A DNA stretch of 64,000 nt, taken from positions 124,001-188,000 of the forward strand of contig NIVC01001726.1 of NCBI GenBank assembly GCA_002269645.1. Reading direction: 5' to 3'. The notes below the pieces were generated by a model. The model had not been told where the DNA came from. It did no database searches and was given only the letters and a program-made list of their open reading frames with translations. Below, one piece after another: positions 36,286-55,878 of the stretch (position 1 is the stretch's first letter; every line of letters begins with the position of its first letter). The translations under genes were made by a program, and so were the position numbers. This DNA is from Macrostomum lignano. Taxonomy: Eukaryota.

Positions 36286-38188
36286 TCAGCGCAGCGACAG
36301 AGTGGACTGCTGACCCCCGCAGTAAGCCAGGCCTCGGCGGCGCTCTTCCCATTCACCCGGGTCGCTGGGCCACCGGCGGCTCAGCCGGCGCTGCCCCGCA
36401 TAGCAACAGCCGTCCTCTGCCAGCAGGCGCTCAACGGCAGCCCGCAGCCTCGTCGCTGTCGGGCAGGCCAAGCCCAGGAGTCCTTGAACTGGCCTGCCGG
36501 TGTCCTTGTCCAAGCCGGCGAACTGCAGCACGAGGCAGCCGGCGTTCACAACGCCGAACCCGACGATGCACCTCGGCGGGCAGACCAGCCGGCTGGTTGA
36601 ATTGACGTCGATGAGCTCCAGGCCGGCCCGGGTGCTCAGGCGGAGGCCGTGCAGGTGACCCGGCGGCAGGCCGAGCATTTGAGCGGTGAAATTGCGGACC
36701 GGCCGGACTGTCCACACTGTGCATGCTGGCTGCTCGTCTGGCGCGGCAGCTGAGCAGATGTCGGGGGAGATGAGCACCTGAAAGCGGTGGTGATGAGCTG
36801 GTTGAGTTAACAGTAGCTACTCTTATTAAAAAGGAATAATAATAAATAAATAAATGGTAACAGTTTATTAGAATAATTTTACATTGGAGAATAAATATTT
36901 AAAAAATTAACTATGATTGCTCATACATAGTAATAGTACTAATAGTTATATGGTAAAAATAGTAACAGTAATCATAACAAAAAATAATGTATATAATACG
37001 TTAGCGCAGTGTTTTAAAAAATGAGCAAGTATTCGCAACTTTAAATACAAATATATGCAATTTAATAAAATCTTCAATAAAAAACGAAGGTAAAACAACA
37101 GCATGATTCATGCACAAAAAAATTAAAGCTGTTATCAAATATAACGTTAAAAGAGAAACAAATTAATATTTTCTTTTTGTTTCTTAATTTGCTTAAAACA
37201 ATTATTTTGTTTATCAGAATTTGTATTCAAATCTCTGTTCTTTGCGTTTTTTATAAATTACTTTTTAAATTTAAATAATACAATGCAATTATATTCTATA
37301 GATTTGAAGGTATTTTATATTTTGTATATTATATTCTAATTTAATAGCGCAGCTCTTTTTGAGGCTTTCACATTACCAATTCCAGAACCAGAAAAAAGAA
37401 GTATAATTGTTTAACCTTGTTGAATGACTGTTTGACTGCCTTAACAGCCTCAATTTGCACAATGTTTCACTTTCTTCTTGGCGATTGCCATTCAATAACT
37501 ACAACTTTAGAGCACCTATATCCCCCTAGTTTGGGAGACAGAAAGTTGTACTTCACAAATTGAATCTGGTTCTAGAACCAGAACTAAAACAAGCAATTTG
37601 AAAATGCCATTCGAAAGGTCAAAAATGCAGCAAAAAATCAGAAGAAAATATGCTCACCTTAGCAACAGCACCGCAGGCGGCCGCCTCGATCAGGCAGCAC
37701 AGTTTGTCGATCTGCCCGGCACCGCTGCTGTACAAGCTTAGCCAGCGCCGGCCAATCAGCGGCGCCGGCCGGCCGCAGCGTAGTCTGAGGGCGAAGACGC
37801 CGGCTCCAATTTCGACAAGCCGCATCCTCGGTCGCCGCGGCAGCGACAGCTGCACTTCCGAAGCATCCTCGTCAAGCTGCCAGCCGTCGCCACATCGGCG
37901 GCATTTTTTTCGACGCGCCTGGCAAAAAAGTCGACATCCTCCAGCCGACTGTCGTTCGAAGGTCGCCGATATGTCGCCGCCGAGTCGACGGAATCGACGC
38001 GCTTCGCGCAGTCCCGGCAGCGGCGGCGGCGGAGTCAGTCGAAGTTTCGGCGTCGCCCTGCGGCCGCTGAGCACGACGCTGGCTCGGAGCAGCTGGCAAC
38101 TGGCGAGGTCGGCACTGCAGGAGGGCCTCCCGACTCGTCCCCGCCTTGCGTAGACCAGCGCGGCGTCCATCAAGATAAAATTACTCAC
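36286..38188 (-). CDS. Two-exon (at least) protein, possibly a tandem PH + IRS-type PTB adaptor (DOK/IRS-like); 5' end unresolved
   Basis: GC-rich exons about 38144-37658 (donor AAG|GTGAGC) and 36777-36286 (acceptor TTTCAG|GTG), phase 0. The second exon (LVCPPRCIVGFGVVNAGCLVLQF...GLLGLAC...RLRAAVERLL) loosely fits an IRS-PTB layout; domain call is inference. Confidence 0.55.
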
Positions 38189-38939
38189 GCCAGTTGTACT
38201 GCTTTTTCTTTCTTTTTGTGTCTTTTAGAAGAAGAAATTTCCTTGGGCAAGCTCGGAGCTGAAACTACACGAGTGCAAACAAGAGCGCTTCTGCAATCAG
38301 GGTTTCGCTCACCTGAGCTTGAGCCTGGCTCTCAGTGCCTGAGACTGCAAATTTCTTTCTTTTAAAATGTCCATCTTCTTCTTTTTTGGGGCAGAAATTT
38401 TTCTGCTATTCTGCTATTCTGTGAGCGAGAGAGATAAAACAATTAAGTTTCGAGCTTCACACACTGGCTAGGCAGTTAAGAAATGGCTAGCAACTCTCAA
38501 TTCTATGAACACAAAACTTTTAAGTTTTAATAATCAAAATTTTCCTAATCCGCTGGGATTGAAATCCAGTTTTCCAAAGTCAATTCTGATCTGGTTCGTC
38601 AACATTTTGTTTTTCATAGAAAAGTTGCTGTATATCAATATGCTACTAGCTACTTAACTGGAGTAGTATAGTTGGCATTTTTATATTATGCAATAGAACA
38701 ATTTTAGCTATTCATTTGGAGTTGCAGTCGGAGTCTCAATTAGCTATTAATCATTTAACTATAATTAGAAATGTTATGGTGAAACTAAAACGCAAACGAA
38801 CTACTTTCAGTTGCGTATCAATTAATTGGACAAACTATGAACGACCCTTGAACATTACTTAAAGCATTATATTTTCGACCAGAAAAGTGCGTTTAAATTC
38901 GTAACTGGGGAGTTATGAGTTTATGGCATTTATGTAAAT

Positions 38940-39172
38940 AATAACTATGATAATAATCGATTACACCTGCCCCAATTGGGCCAGATGTGCAACCGACAGC
39001 TCAGCCGCTGCGTACGGCTGTTCAGTCCACAGACTGAGGGACAGTGTTGGGAACTGAAGCAAGAGTTCAGTGTCTTGCTCAAAGGACACAAATTGTTCCA
39101 AGTGGGTGGAGAATCGAACCCCCGACCTTTCAGTCGTGAGTCCAAAGCTCATAACCACTAGGCTTACAACCT
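38940..39172 (-). mobile_element. tRNA-derived SINE with V-SINE-like central motif
   Basis: Minus strand: A-box-like AGCCTAGTGG (39164-39155), B-box GGTTCGATTC (39120-39111), then GTGTCCTTTGAGCAAGACAC (39089-39070) resembling the V-domain motif, and a short ATT-rich tail. Confidence 0.75.
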
Positions 39173-39397
39173 CAAGTACGAAATTTTGAATGTACGAGCG
39201 TAGCTAACAGAAAGGTGTGCAGCTGATGTAACAAAATATTGGACGCCGCAGTGTCTGGTGTCAGCGAATGCCGCGATGCTTAGCGCCGGCTTGTTCCATC
39301 TCTCCTTCACGATCGGTTGATATTTGGCTATGACGTTGAATTCGTCGCCAAATGATCGACAAAACCAGGCGAAGGAGTGACCTAAACAAGCGAAAGT

Positions 39398-39940
39398 TCA
39401 ACGCTTGGCATTGCGTTTACGATGCCTTAGAAAGTTATGCCAGAGCTTGCGGCATTCTACTGGCATCTTGCAGAGGTCCGAGAGGGCCGTGATGCCCAGA
39501 GTGCGGCGGTCCACTTCCGTAGCCGGGCAGTCGAGAAGGACGTGCTGGAGGTTCTCTGGTTCGTCACCGCACCTCCGGCATGTCGGATCCGCTGTCCAGC
39601 CAATACGATGGGTATTCACTCGCAGCCTTGCGTGTTTTCCTGAGCGGAATTGTGCGTAGTCCGCCCGCTCGGCTCTCGTCCAGGTGGCCGTCCGCTGTCG
39701 GTTGGATTTGCTGCGCACCGCGGCGTTGCCCAGTGTTGTAATTGACGCGGCGGCGAGTAGTCGCTGATGCGAACGCGACGTCACTTGATTTACAGTCGCA
39801 TCAGACATCTGCTCGCGAGCTGGTAATTGCCGGTCTTGATTGTTAAGACTCGACCCAGCGGTAGTCTGATTTAAAAAATCAATGATTTTTGACTGTCGAC
39901 CGCGAGACCTGCTCGACTTTGGCGTAGGCGCTCCAGCCAT
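39398..39940 (-). CDS. 180-aa single-exon ORF ending in a non-LTR retrotransposon ORF2-type C-terminal CCHC domain
   Basis: ATG in AGCATGG context; uninterrupted ORF; AQFRSGKH..L...HRIG....PTCRRCGDEPENLQHVLLDCP (C-x2-C-x8-H-x4-C) is the hallmark LINE ORF2 C-terminus; no RT or endonuclease upstream in frame. Confidence 0.6.
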   Translation of the reverse strand: MAGAPTPKSSRSRGRQSKIIDFLNQTTAGSSLNNQDRQLPAREQMSDATVNQVTSRSHQRLLAAASITTLGNAAVRSKSNRQRTATWTRAERADYAQFRSGKHARLRVNTHRIGWTADPTCRRCGDEPENLQHVLLDCPATEVDRRTLGITALSDLCKMPVECRKLWHNFLRHRKRNAKR

Positions 39941-40137
39941 GCTAAAGCCTGACGATTGTGATAAAGCTAAGTTGATAAATTAGTATTGAATATGAATGCC
40001 AATCATTTTACTTATTAACAGACAGCCGCAGAGTAGGTTGGGCATAGACGATTGAATCAAAAACTGTACACATCAGCTTCTTAGCTTGCGAGCGCCTAAG
40101 GTGCGAGCTAACACTCAGGAGCTAGTGGAAAGCCAGA

Positions 40138-40147
40138 GTCACGTGAC
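40138..40147. promoter_or_regulatory. Perfect palindromic E-box GTCACGTGAC (USF/TFE-CLEAR type) between the divergent 180-aa ORF and the Fox gene
   Basis: Seen directly; about 200 bp upstream of the ATG at 39940. Function inferred. Confidence 0.4.
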
Positions 40148-40967
40148 CATAGACTTAGCGGTACTTTTCAAGTCAATCACCGAGGCATACGGAATGGGGT
40201 TTTAACGTAGGGAGATTCTTTATGGGGATTGATTTTATATATCAACCTAAAACTTGAATAGAGGCATAGAGACCTATTCAAAATGACGTAATATTTATTC
40301 TGACTTCATTAATTTTTTCAGTTACAAGTTCTTATGAGTATGAAAAACAATTATAAATAGCAAATAGCAGAAGGAATTAATTTTTTGTAGTTTTTTTATT
40401 CTATATCATATTGAAGATCCACATTCACTTAGACTCGCAGGAAAATCCAAATTCTTTTATCAAACCCAAACGTCCGATAACGGATGCTCAAAGTTGATCA
40501 ACACCAACAGAATAATGATGTGAAAATATGAAATATGAAAAGAATAAAATATTTCATAAAATACAGAATATGAAAAGCTGCAGAAAGTGGCAGATCTCCA
40601 TAAAGGTACTATTGTGTCTCTTTATTCATCTACACGGGGTCTTGAGAAAAAGTGTGTAACAAACCGTGTGGGGATATTATTAGCTGTCGGAGTTTCCACA
40701 TGCTCTGCGTGAATCTTGAGCGTCACTATAGCTAACAAACTTTTATTGTCTTTCAATGCATAGTTAATAAATTGAAAACAGCCCTAGTTCAGTTGAATTT
40801 GGAAGCAGGCGTGCTTTTTCTGCTTGCAGAAGCAACAATTGGACAATTTGCATTGCTAGATTTTCATTGGCTCACCTCCATCAGGTCATATTAAAGACCT
40901 TAGAAATGTTGCAAAGTTCTGAATTCTGAAATCTCACACATGTACGACACTGAGCATTTCGGAAGAG

Positions 40968-43900
40968 ATGGAGCAGCTCAATCTGCTGGAGGCAGCAACA
41001 GAAACTGTGCAAACTTTTGATCGAATCACCTGGGACACCTTGGCAACGGCCCAGCAACCACAGCAACCGCCACCAGTTCCTGCATGCAGCTATGCGCAAG
41101 ACCTTGTTGCCCCAGCTTGCCAGCTTCATCTAGGACGGACCCAGCTTCCAGCAGTGGGATCGATGGAGCAGCTCAACCTGCAGCTGGAGCATTTTGTCGC
41201 TGTCCAAAATCAGGAGCTGGCCAAGCCGCCGTATTCCTACATTGCTCTGATCAGCATGGCTATCACTGCTCAGCCTGAGCACAGGGCCACCCTCAGCGGT
41301 ATCTATCAGTTCATCAAGGACCGGTGCGTATCTAGCCTGCATGATATGAAGGAATAGAATGGATTGCTAATCTAGCCTACATCAGTGAAGGAATAGAATG
41401 GATTGCTAATCTAGCCTACATCAGTGAAGGAATAGAATGGATTGCTAATCTAGCCTACATCAGTGAAGGAATAGAATGGATTTCTAATCTATCAATCGAG
41501 GATAAAATGGATCGCTAATCTAGTTCTAATACAGTTAATGTGTCTTTGCTCTGAAAGCAACTCCCTCTTTATTGAATGCTTCGATCTCACTTCGCTTTCT
41601 GAGTAATTTGGGGGTGCAGAAGGTCGCAGCTTTAAAATAGAAATAGCTGTCTATTCGAGGCACTCAGAAAGAACAGCTGCAAATGCGCAAGCCTACTCAA
41701 TGCCAGCCTACTTTGCGCGAATTAGTGGCCTTACAGCAGCACATTATACTGCTGGGTCTGCAACTCAGTTAGAAAGCGCAAAACTCGAATAATGAAAAAA
41801 ATACCCCCATCATCTTCACTTTGAGGCGTCATTTCTGACAGGTGCGTCAGTTGATGAATGTCACACAAGCCGGAGTACAATAGCCTGAGAGCAGGGTGGG
41901 TTCGGGTTTATCGTGATAAAGTGGAAACCACAGCAGACCGCCTTTTTTAAGAGACGATACCAAACTGTTTTGCTAAAGTTGGCAAATATTGCCGCGGTTG
42001 CTTCCACACCTCTCTTGGCAATTAAGAGGCCGCCTGCTAGAAGCTGAGACGCTCCTTTGACGATATACCGCTTCATAGACGTTTCGAATGAATCAAAGTG
42101 CTTAATTAGTTAAATTAGGCAAAACGTTGGTTCAACGAACACTATCAGGGTCTATTCTCTGATAGTGTTCAAGTAGTGCTTGGGTTCCAGAAGTAGAAAA
42201 ATGAATCTAAAGTACATTAGATATGGAATTAGATCAGAGATAAGAATGTACTCAGGATCAGAGATAAGATAGTACTCAGGATCAGAGATAAGATAGTACT
42301 CAGGATCAGAGATAACAATGTACTCAGGATCAGAGATAAGATAGTACTCAGGATCAGAGATAAGAATGTACTCAGGATCAGAGATAAGATAGTACTCAGG
42401 ATCAGAGATAAGATAGTACTCAGGATCAGAGATAACAATGTACTCAGGATCAGAGATAAGAATGTACTCAGGATCAGAGATAAGATAGTACTCAGGATCA
42501 GAGATAAGATAGTACTCAGGATCAGAGATAACAATGTACTCAGGATCAGAGATAAGATAGTACTCAGGATCAGAGATAAGATAGTACTCAGGATCAGAGA
42601 TAAGAATGTACTCAGGATCAGAGATAAGAATGTACAATGGATCAGAGATAAGAATGTACAATGGATCAGAGATAAGATAGTACTCAGGATCAGAGATAAG
42701 ATAGTACTCAGGATCAGAGATAAGAATGTACTCAGGATCAGAGATAAGATAGTACTCAGGATCAGAGATAAGATAGTACTTAGGATCAGAGATAAGAATG
42801 TACAATGGATCAGAGATAAGAATGTACTCAGGATCAGAGATAAGATAGTATCAGGATCAGAGATAAGAATGTACTCAGGATCAGAGATAAGAATGTACTC
42901 AGGATCAGAGATAAGATAGTATCAGGATCAGAGATAAGAATTTACTCAGGATCAGAGATAAGAATGTACTCAGGATCAGAGATAAGAATGTACTCAGGAT
43001 CAGAGATAAGATAGTATCAGGATCAGAGATAAGAATGTACTCAGGATCAGAGATAATAATGTACAATGGATCAGAGATATTAATGATATGAAAATGACAC
43101 AGATCCACTGCACTTGACCGACTCTGGCCCGCAGCTTCCCTTACTATCGGGACAACAAGCAGGGCTGGCAGAACTCCATCAGGCACAATCTGTCATTGAA
43201 CGAGTGCTTCGTGAAGGTGCCGCGAAGCGATTCAACTAAGGCGGGCAAAGGCAGCTACTGGACGCTGCACCCGGAGGCCTACAGCATGTTCGACAATGGC
43301 AGCTACCTGCGCAGGCGGAAGCGGTTCAGACGGCAGCGTCAGGACAAGACGGTCACAGAGGAGGGAGCGAGGAAGTCGAACGACAAGGCGGTTTGTTTTT
43401 TTGATATTGCCACTGCTGGTTATGAAAGTCAACAATAATAAGAATAAGATTCACAGGAAGGCACCCTGGCGACATGGTCCCACAGCCAGCGCTGAGGCAA
43501 TTCTGCCCGTTCCGCTGACTCCTGAGCTGACGCAGGCACAGCACTCATACTCACATGCTCACACAGGGTGTACACTTTCTAATCGTCAGGCATGTACACT
43601 CTCTGTGTCTTGGGGGTTGGAGCACATTGGTGTGAATCGCATGACAAGGCCCCTGCAAATTCTTATAGACGCACAAGCCCCAAATTGATGTGACCGAGTA
43701 CGGAATTGAACCAGAGGGGTCGTGGCGCGCGAGTCTGGCGCTTTACCGCTCTGCCACTGTCATCACCGTCAGATTCAATTTAGATGTCATTCGGTCTGGG
43801 CTATAGATATCCAATTGATAGTTCTTCTTCAGGAATAAATATGCTTGAATTTTTTTAGGAAGCATCGTCTGCCGCGTCGGACGCGATGGAACCGGCCGCT

Positions 43901-44239
43901 GCAACCACACCGATGCCGACGAGCGCTGCAGGCACAGGCGCATGCGGTTACAACACAGACTGCTTTGACGATCAAAAGCTAAAGCGCGATCAGTATGGGT
44001 TTCATTCAAGCACGCAGCAGCATCCCAACTACTATAATGAATCGAAACTGCTTGAACAGGAGTTTCCCTCACAGGGCGAGCATCAAATGTACTTTTATCC
44101 TCAGCTGCAACCGCAGCAGAATCTGACGCAGCAGCAGCAATTTCCGTCCTTCGATACAGGATATTACTACAATTATTACTACGACACAGCGGGTGGTTGC
44201 AGTACCTATTCCCCGGCAATGCAAAATACAAGCTTCTGA
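40968..44239 (+). CDS. Forkhead transcription factor, FoxC/FoxL1 class, about 330 aa, three exons
   Basis: Exons 40968-41323 ([14 protein letters not shown]...GIYQFIKD-R; CG|GTGCGT), 43135-43390 ([30 protein letters not shown]...GKGSYWTL...[10 protein letters not shown]; GCG|GTTTGT) and 43859-44239. Phases 2 and 0 consistent; 993 nt total. Confidence 0.93.
41333..41490 (+). repeat. Minisatellite family X, array 2, starting about 9 nt after the Fox exon 1 donor
   Basis: About 4 copies of GAAGGAATAGAATGGATTGCTAATCTAGCCTACATCAGT. Confidence 0.92.
42233..43080. repeat. Intronic minisatellite, 24-bp TACTCAGGATCAGAGATAAGATAG
   Basis: About 35 copies ending about 55 nt before the Fox exon 2 acceptor. 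Confidence 0.97.
43460..43740 (+). repeat. Dispersed repeat family, copy 2 (Fox intron 2)
   Basis: GGCGACATGGTCCCACAGCC...AGCGCTGAGGCAATTCTGC...GACTCCTGAGC...CTCACACAGGGTGTACAC...GGGGTCGTGGCGCG is shared in part with copies 1 and 3. Confidence 0.8.
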
Positions 44240-45854
44240 TTTCCATCTGTACATGTACATATACTCAACTAAACGAGATTTACTTATAGAAAATCGCAAC
44301 AGTTACCATTTTTGCATGGACTGCATGTAAATTAAAACGTACACTCTAATTTAGCATTCGCACTTTTTACGGATTTTTGTTACATACGAGGTTCGTACAT
44401 GTGATTAGGTTGACATTTTTATAAATAAATATTTTTTTCTTTAAATAAATGTATCCAAAAAACATCGCTAAATGCTCATTTAGGCCCATTACCATTTATG
44501 AAATAAAATATCTATTCACATATACGTCATTTGTGTTACATGAGCAATGCAAAAGTTGTCTGGTGTAGGTTAATGAGCTTCTAAAATGCAATAATTTTTT
44601 TTTCTTTTTTCCAAAAAATCTACAGTATCATGTAGATTTTATACGTGTTATGGGTATAGAATCGGTACCCTCACTCTGAGAAAAATACTATATTTCCGAC
44701 ACTTTAAATTGCGTTTGATTTAAAACGCTTTAAGGCTTCGATTTGAACAATAAAAGAGAATTAGGGAGCCCACGTTTGGAGGTACATGGTCATGTATGGA
44801 TACATTACGCCAACACGTCTTTGCGTCAATGTTCCCTAGCAGTCCTAGCACGATGATGGAAGGTTTGACAGGATGGCCTCACTCTGGCAATTTTGAAGAA
44901 TAAACAAAAAGCTTTTTTCTGCTTAGTATCCACAGAATATTCTGTGGTAGTTTAGATCTACTGCCGGCAAATCAACAACACAAACAAGTTCGCGTTTTCG
45001 AACGGTCTGAAATATCATACTTTTATTTTAGTGCATGTAAAATTAACTATATGAATTCAAATAAAAATACAGAATAATGAGGTACAATGGCAAAATGATT
45101 CACTTTTTTGTTATTTCATTACAAAAATGAACGTTGATTGACTCGCTTCGTTAAAGAATTCAACTTGTCATTTTACTGCCGTTTTTTATCAACACCATGC
45201 CTAAGGCGCATCCTCTAGATTTAAATTAAATAACAAAGCAATGAATTATATTTTATTCTTTTTAATGTTTCGTTTTAATTTTCAAATCTTTCTTTAATTC
45301 TATTCTTTAATAAATTGTTCATAATTTCAATAGCAAATTAATTAAAATTGACATTGCCACATTGGCGAAAACTAAAATAGCTGCATGGACGTCATTTTCT
45401 ATTAAATTCTTTCCAAGCGAATCCAAGGACCACTGTATAGCTATATACAGTGGTCTTTGATTCTTTCTAGTTCTCATGACAATTAATATATCATTATGCG
45501 AACAGGTTGATGTGATTAATATTAATTGAATGAATATTTATCGGCTTCTAGCCTTTTCAAGGCAAAGAAGAAATTATTCAATATTTTTCAGTGTTGTGTA
45601 GAAACGAAACTAATTTTTTTGCAATTTAAAAATATTATTCCTAAAGAATCTATTTAATTACATAATTTCTAGAGTTATGACTGAGAATACTACCTAAAGT
45701 ATAAATAATTCCTTACCAAACATTGTAAACTCTTATCAGTAATAAGATATTGGATATAAATGATATAAATTAGTCAAGTAATTTAAGTCTTTAGAAACGT
45801 CTATTAATCTCATTACTTTACCGAATATATAAAACTTTCAGATCACAATTCTAC

Positions 45855-52824
<6,970 letters not shown>

Positions 52825-53917
52825 TGCTGGAGGAGACGCTCGTGCAGAGGCGGGGGGTTCACCCATAGACAACTCGAAGAGATCATTCTGTACCATGGAG
52901 TTCTATAAATAACTTCCAGTCCAGATGCTGAAAATCTGAAATTCTAGGACTGATGAAATTTTCGGCAGGAAAAAACAGTTCGCCAGCAACAATGGGCTAT
53001 TGGCAAAATAGGATTTTTTGTTATTCTTAACTAGATTTTTAAATAACCGATCCATGAACACCTTGACTAAGCGGCCTCCAGCATAACATATACGATTTGC
53101 GTCCGTAGTTCTACTTCAGCTGCCATGGTAAATTGCTAAAAAAAATCAAAACGATTTTAGAAGATTTTTTAAAGATTTTTATATATTTTTACCTTTATGT
53201 ACACAGCTGTTTACTGACAGTAGAAATGATAGCTTTTTTTCGCCTGTTTCCTGTTTCGATACCCGAGGGTATCCTCTCTTGGATTCGTTTTGGCTATACA
53301 GCTGCATGTTAAAGGCTGAAACCAGCTGTGTTTGTACACTCGTAACCATGACAACGTTTACAGATAAAATAAACTGTTTATTGAAATCAGTCTTCGACTG
53401 ACTCGAGAATTACCTCAGTAATTTATTTTAGCCGCTTTGTTAGTTTCAATTTATTTTAGCTTTTAATGTTCCAACTGATCTTACTTCAGTACGAGTATCT
53501 GTGGGACTCCCCTGAGCAAATCTCAGCTCCAAAGGAATCTCACCCACAAGACTCCACTGAGAAAATCTCTGCATAAACGAATCTCACCCATGAGACTCCA
53601 CTATGAGACTTCATTAATTTCACTTAGTAACTCGTTTAGTACAAGTGTTATATAAACTTGTACTTTTCCTTCGCAATATAACTTTGTACAGATATTTTGC
53701 TTATATTCAAAATTAGCTTTGAATATCATCGCCTTTGAAAATTATCACCGAACAGAAAAGCAAGGACACATGGTGTAAATAAAAAAGATTTAAAAAAATT
53801 AAAAAATAAAACTACTACTCTTAATATACTAATTACTTGTCTCCCATGACTACTCCTAGAGGGTTACTTAATTCACTACACTGATTACCCTGTTGCAGGG
53901 TACATCTTAGGGGCTTA

Positions 53918-55878
53918 ATCTGTGAGTCACACCATTAACCCATCTGTGAGTCACACCATTAACCCATCTGTGAGTCACACCATTAACCCATCTGTGAGTC
54001 ACACCATTAACCCATCTGTGAGTCACACCATTAACCCATCTGTGAGTCACACCATTAACCCATCTGTGAGTCACACCATTAACCCATCTGTGAGTCACAC
54101 TCCCTACCCCAGCCGAGAGTCACACTCCCTACCCCAGCCGAGAGTCACACTCCTTACCACAGCCGAGAGTCACACTCCCTACCCCAGCCGAGAGTCACAC
54201 TCCCTACCACAGCCGAGAGTCCCACTCCCTACCCCAGCCGAGAGTCACACTCCCTACCACAGCCGAGAGTCACACTTCCTACCCCAGCCGTAAGTCACAC
54301 TCCCTACCACAGCCGTAAGTCACACTCCCTACCACAGCCGTAAGTCACACTCGCTACCACAGCCGTAAGTCACACTCCCTACCACAGCCGTAAGTCACAC
54401 TCCCTACCACAGCCGAGAGTCACACTCCCTACCCCAGCCGAGAGTCACACTCCCTACCCCAGCCGTGAGTCACACTCCCTACCCCAGCCGTGAGTCACAC
54501 TCGCTACCCAAGCCGAGAGTCACACTCCCTACCCCAGCCGAGAGTCACACTCCCTACCACAGCCGTAAGTCACACTCCCTACCCCAGCCGTAAGTCACAC
54601 TTCCTACCCCAGCCGTAAGTCACACTCCCTACCACAGCCGAGAGTCACACTCGCTACCCCAGCCGTAAGTAACACTCCCTACCACAGCCGAGAGTCACAC
54701 TCCCTACCACAGCCGAGAGTCACACTTCCTACCACAGCCGTAAGTCACACTCCCTACCACAGCCGTAAGTCACACTCCCTACCCCAGCCGTAAGTCACAC
54801 TCCCTACCCCAGCCGAGAGTCACACTCCCTACCCCAGCCGAGAGTCACACTCGCTACCACAGCCGTAAGTCACACTCCCTACCCAGCCGAGAGTCACACT
54901 CCCTACCACAGCCGAGAGTCACACTCCCTACCACAGCCGTAAGTCACACTCCCTACCATAGCCGAGAGTCACACTTCCTACCCCAGCCGTAAGTAACACT
55001 CCCTACCACAGCCGAGAGTCACACTCGCTACCCCAGCCGTAAGTAACACTCCCTACCACAGCCGAGAGTCACACTCCCTACCACAGCCGAGAGTCACACT
55101 TCCTACCACAGCCGTAAGTCACACTCCCTACCACAGCCGTAAGTCACACTCCCTACCACAGCCGTAAGTCACACTCGCTACCACAGCCGTAAGTCACACT
55201 CCCTACCACAGCCGAGAGTCACACTCCCTACCACAGCCGTAAGTCACACTCCCTACCACAGCCGTAAGTCACACTCCCTACCACAGCCGTAAGTCACACT
55301 CCCTACCACAGCCGTAAGTCACACTCGCTACCACAGCCGTAAGTCACACTCCCTACCACAGCCGAGAGTCACACTCCCTACCCCAGCCGTAAGTCACACT
55401 CCCTACCACAGCCGTGAGTCACACTCGCTACCCCAGCCGTGAGTCACACTCCCTACCCCAGCCGTGAGTCACACTCCCTACCACAGCCGTGAGTCACACT
55501 CCCTACCCAAGCCGAGAGTCACACTCCCTACCCCAGCCGTAAGTCACACTCCCTACCCCAGCCGTGAGTCACACTCGCTACCCCAGCCGTGAGTCACACT
55601 CCCTACCCCAGCCGTGAGTCACACTCCCTACCACAGCCGTGAGTCACACTCCCTACCCAAGCCGAGAGTCACACTCCCTACCCCAGCCGAGAGTCACACT
55701 CCCTACCCCAGCCGTGAGTCACACTCCCTACCCCAGCCGAGAGTCACACTCCCTACCACAGCCGAGAGTCACACTCGCTACCCCGCCGTGAGTCACACTC
55801 GCTACCCAGCCGTGAGTCACACTCCCTACCCCAGCCGTGAGTCACACTCCCTACCCCAGCCGTGAGTCACACTCCCTA
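53918..55878. repeat. Compound minisatellite: 24-bp GAGTCACACCATTAACCCATCTGT (about 8 copies) then 25-bp GAGTCACACTCCCTACCCCAGCCG(A/T)
   Basis: Both units share GAGTCACAC; the array abuts the stop codon at 55876-55878. Confidence 0.96.

Noticed and set aside
39040-39172. A functional tRNA gene
   Set aside because: It has A/B boxes but no complete cloverleaf or T-rich terminator, and it continues into a SINE body.
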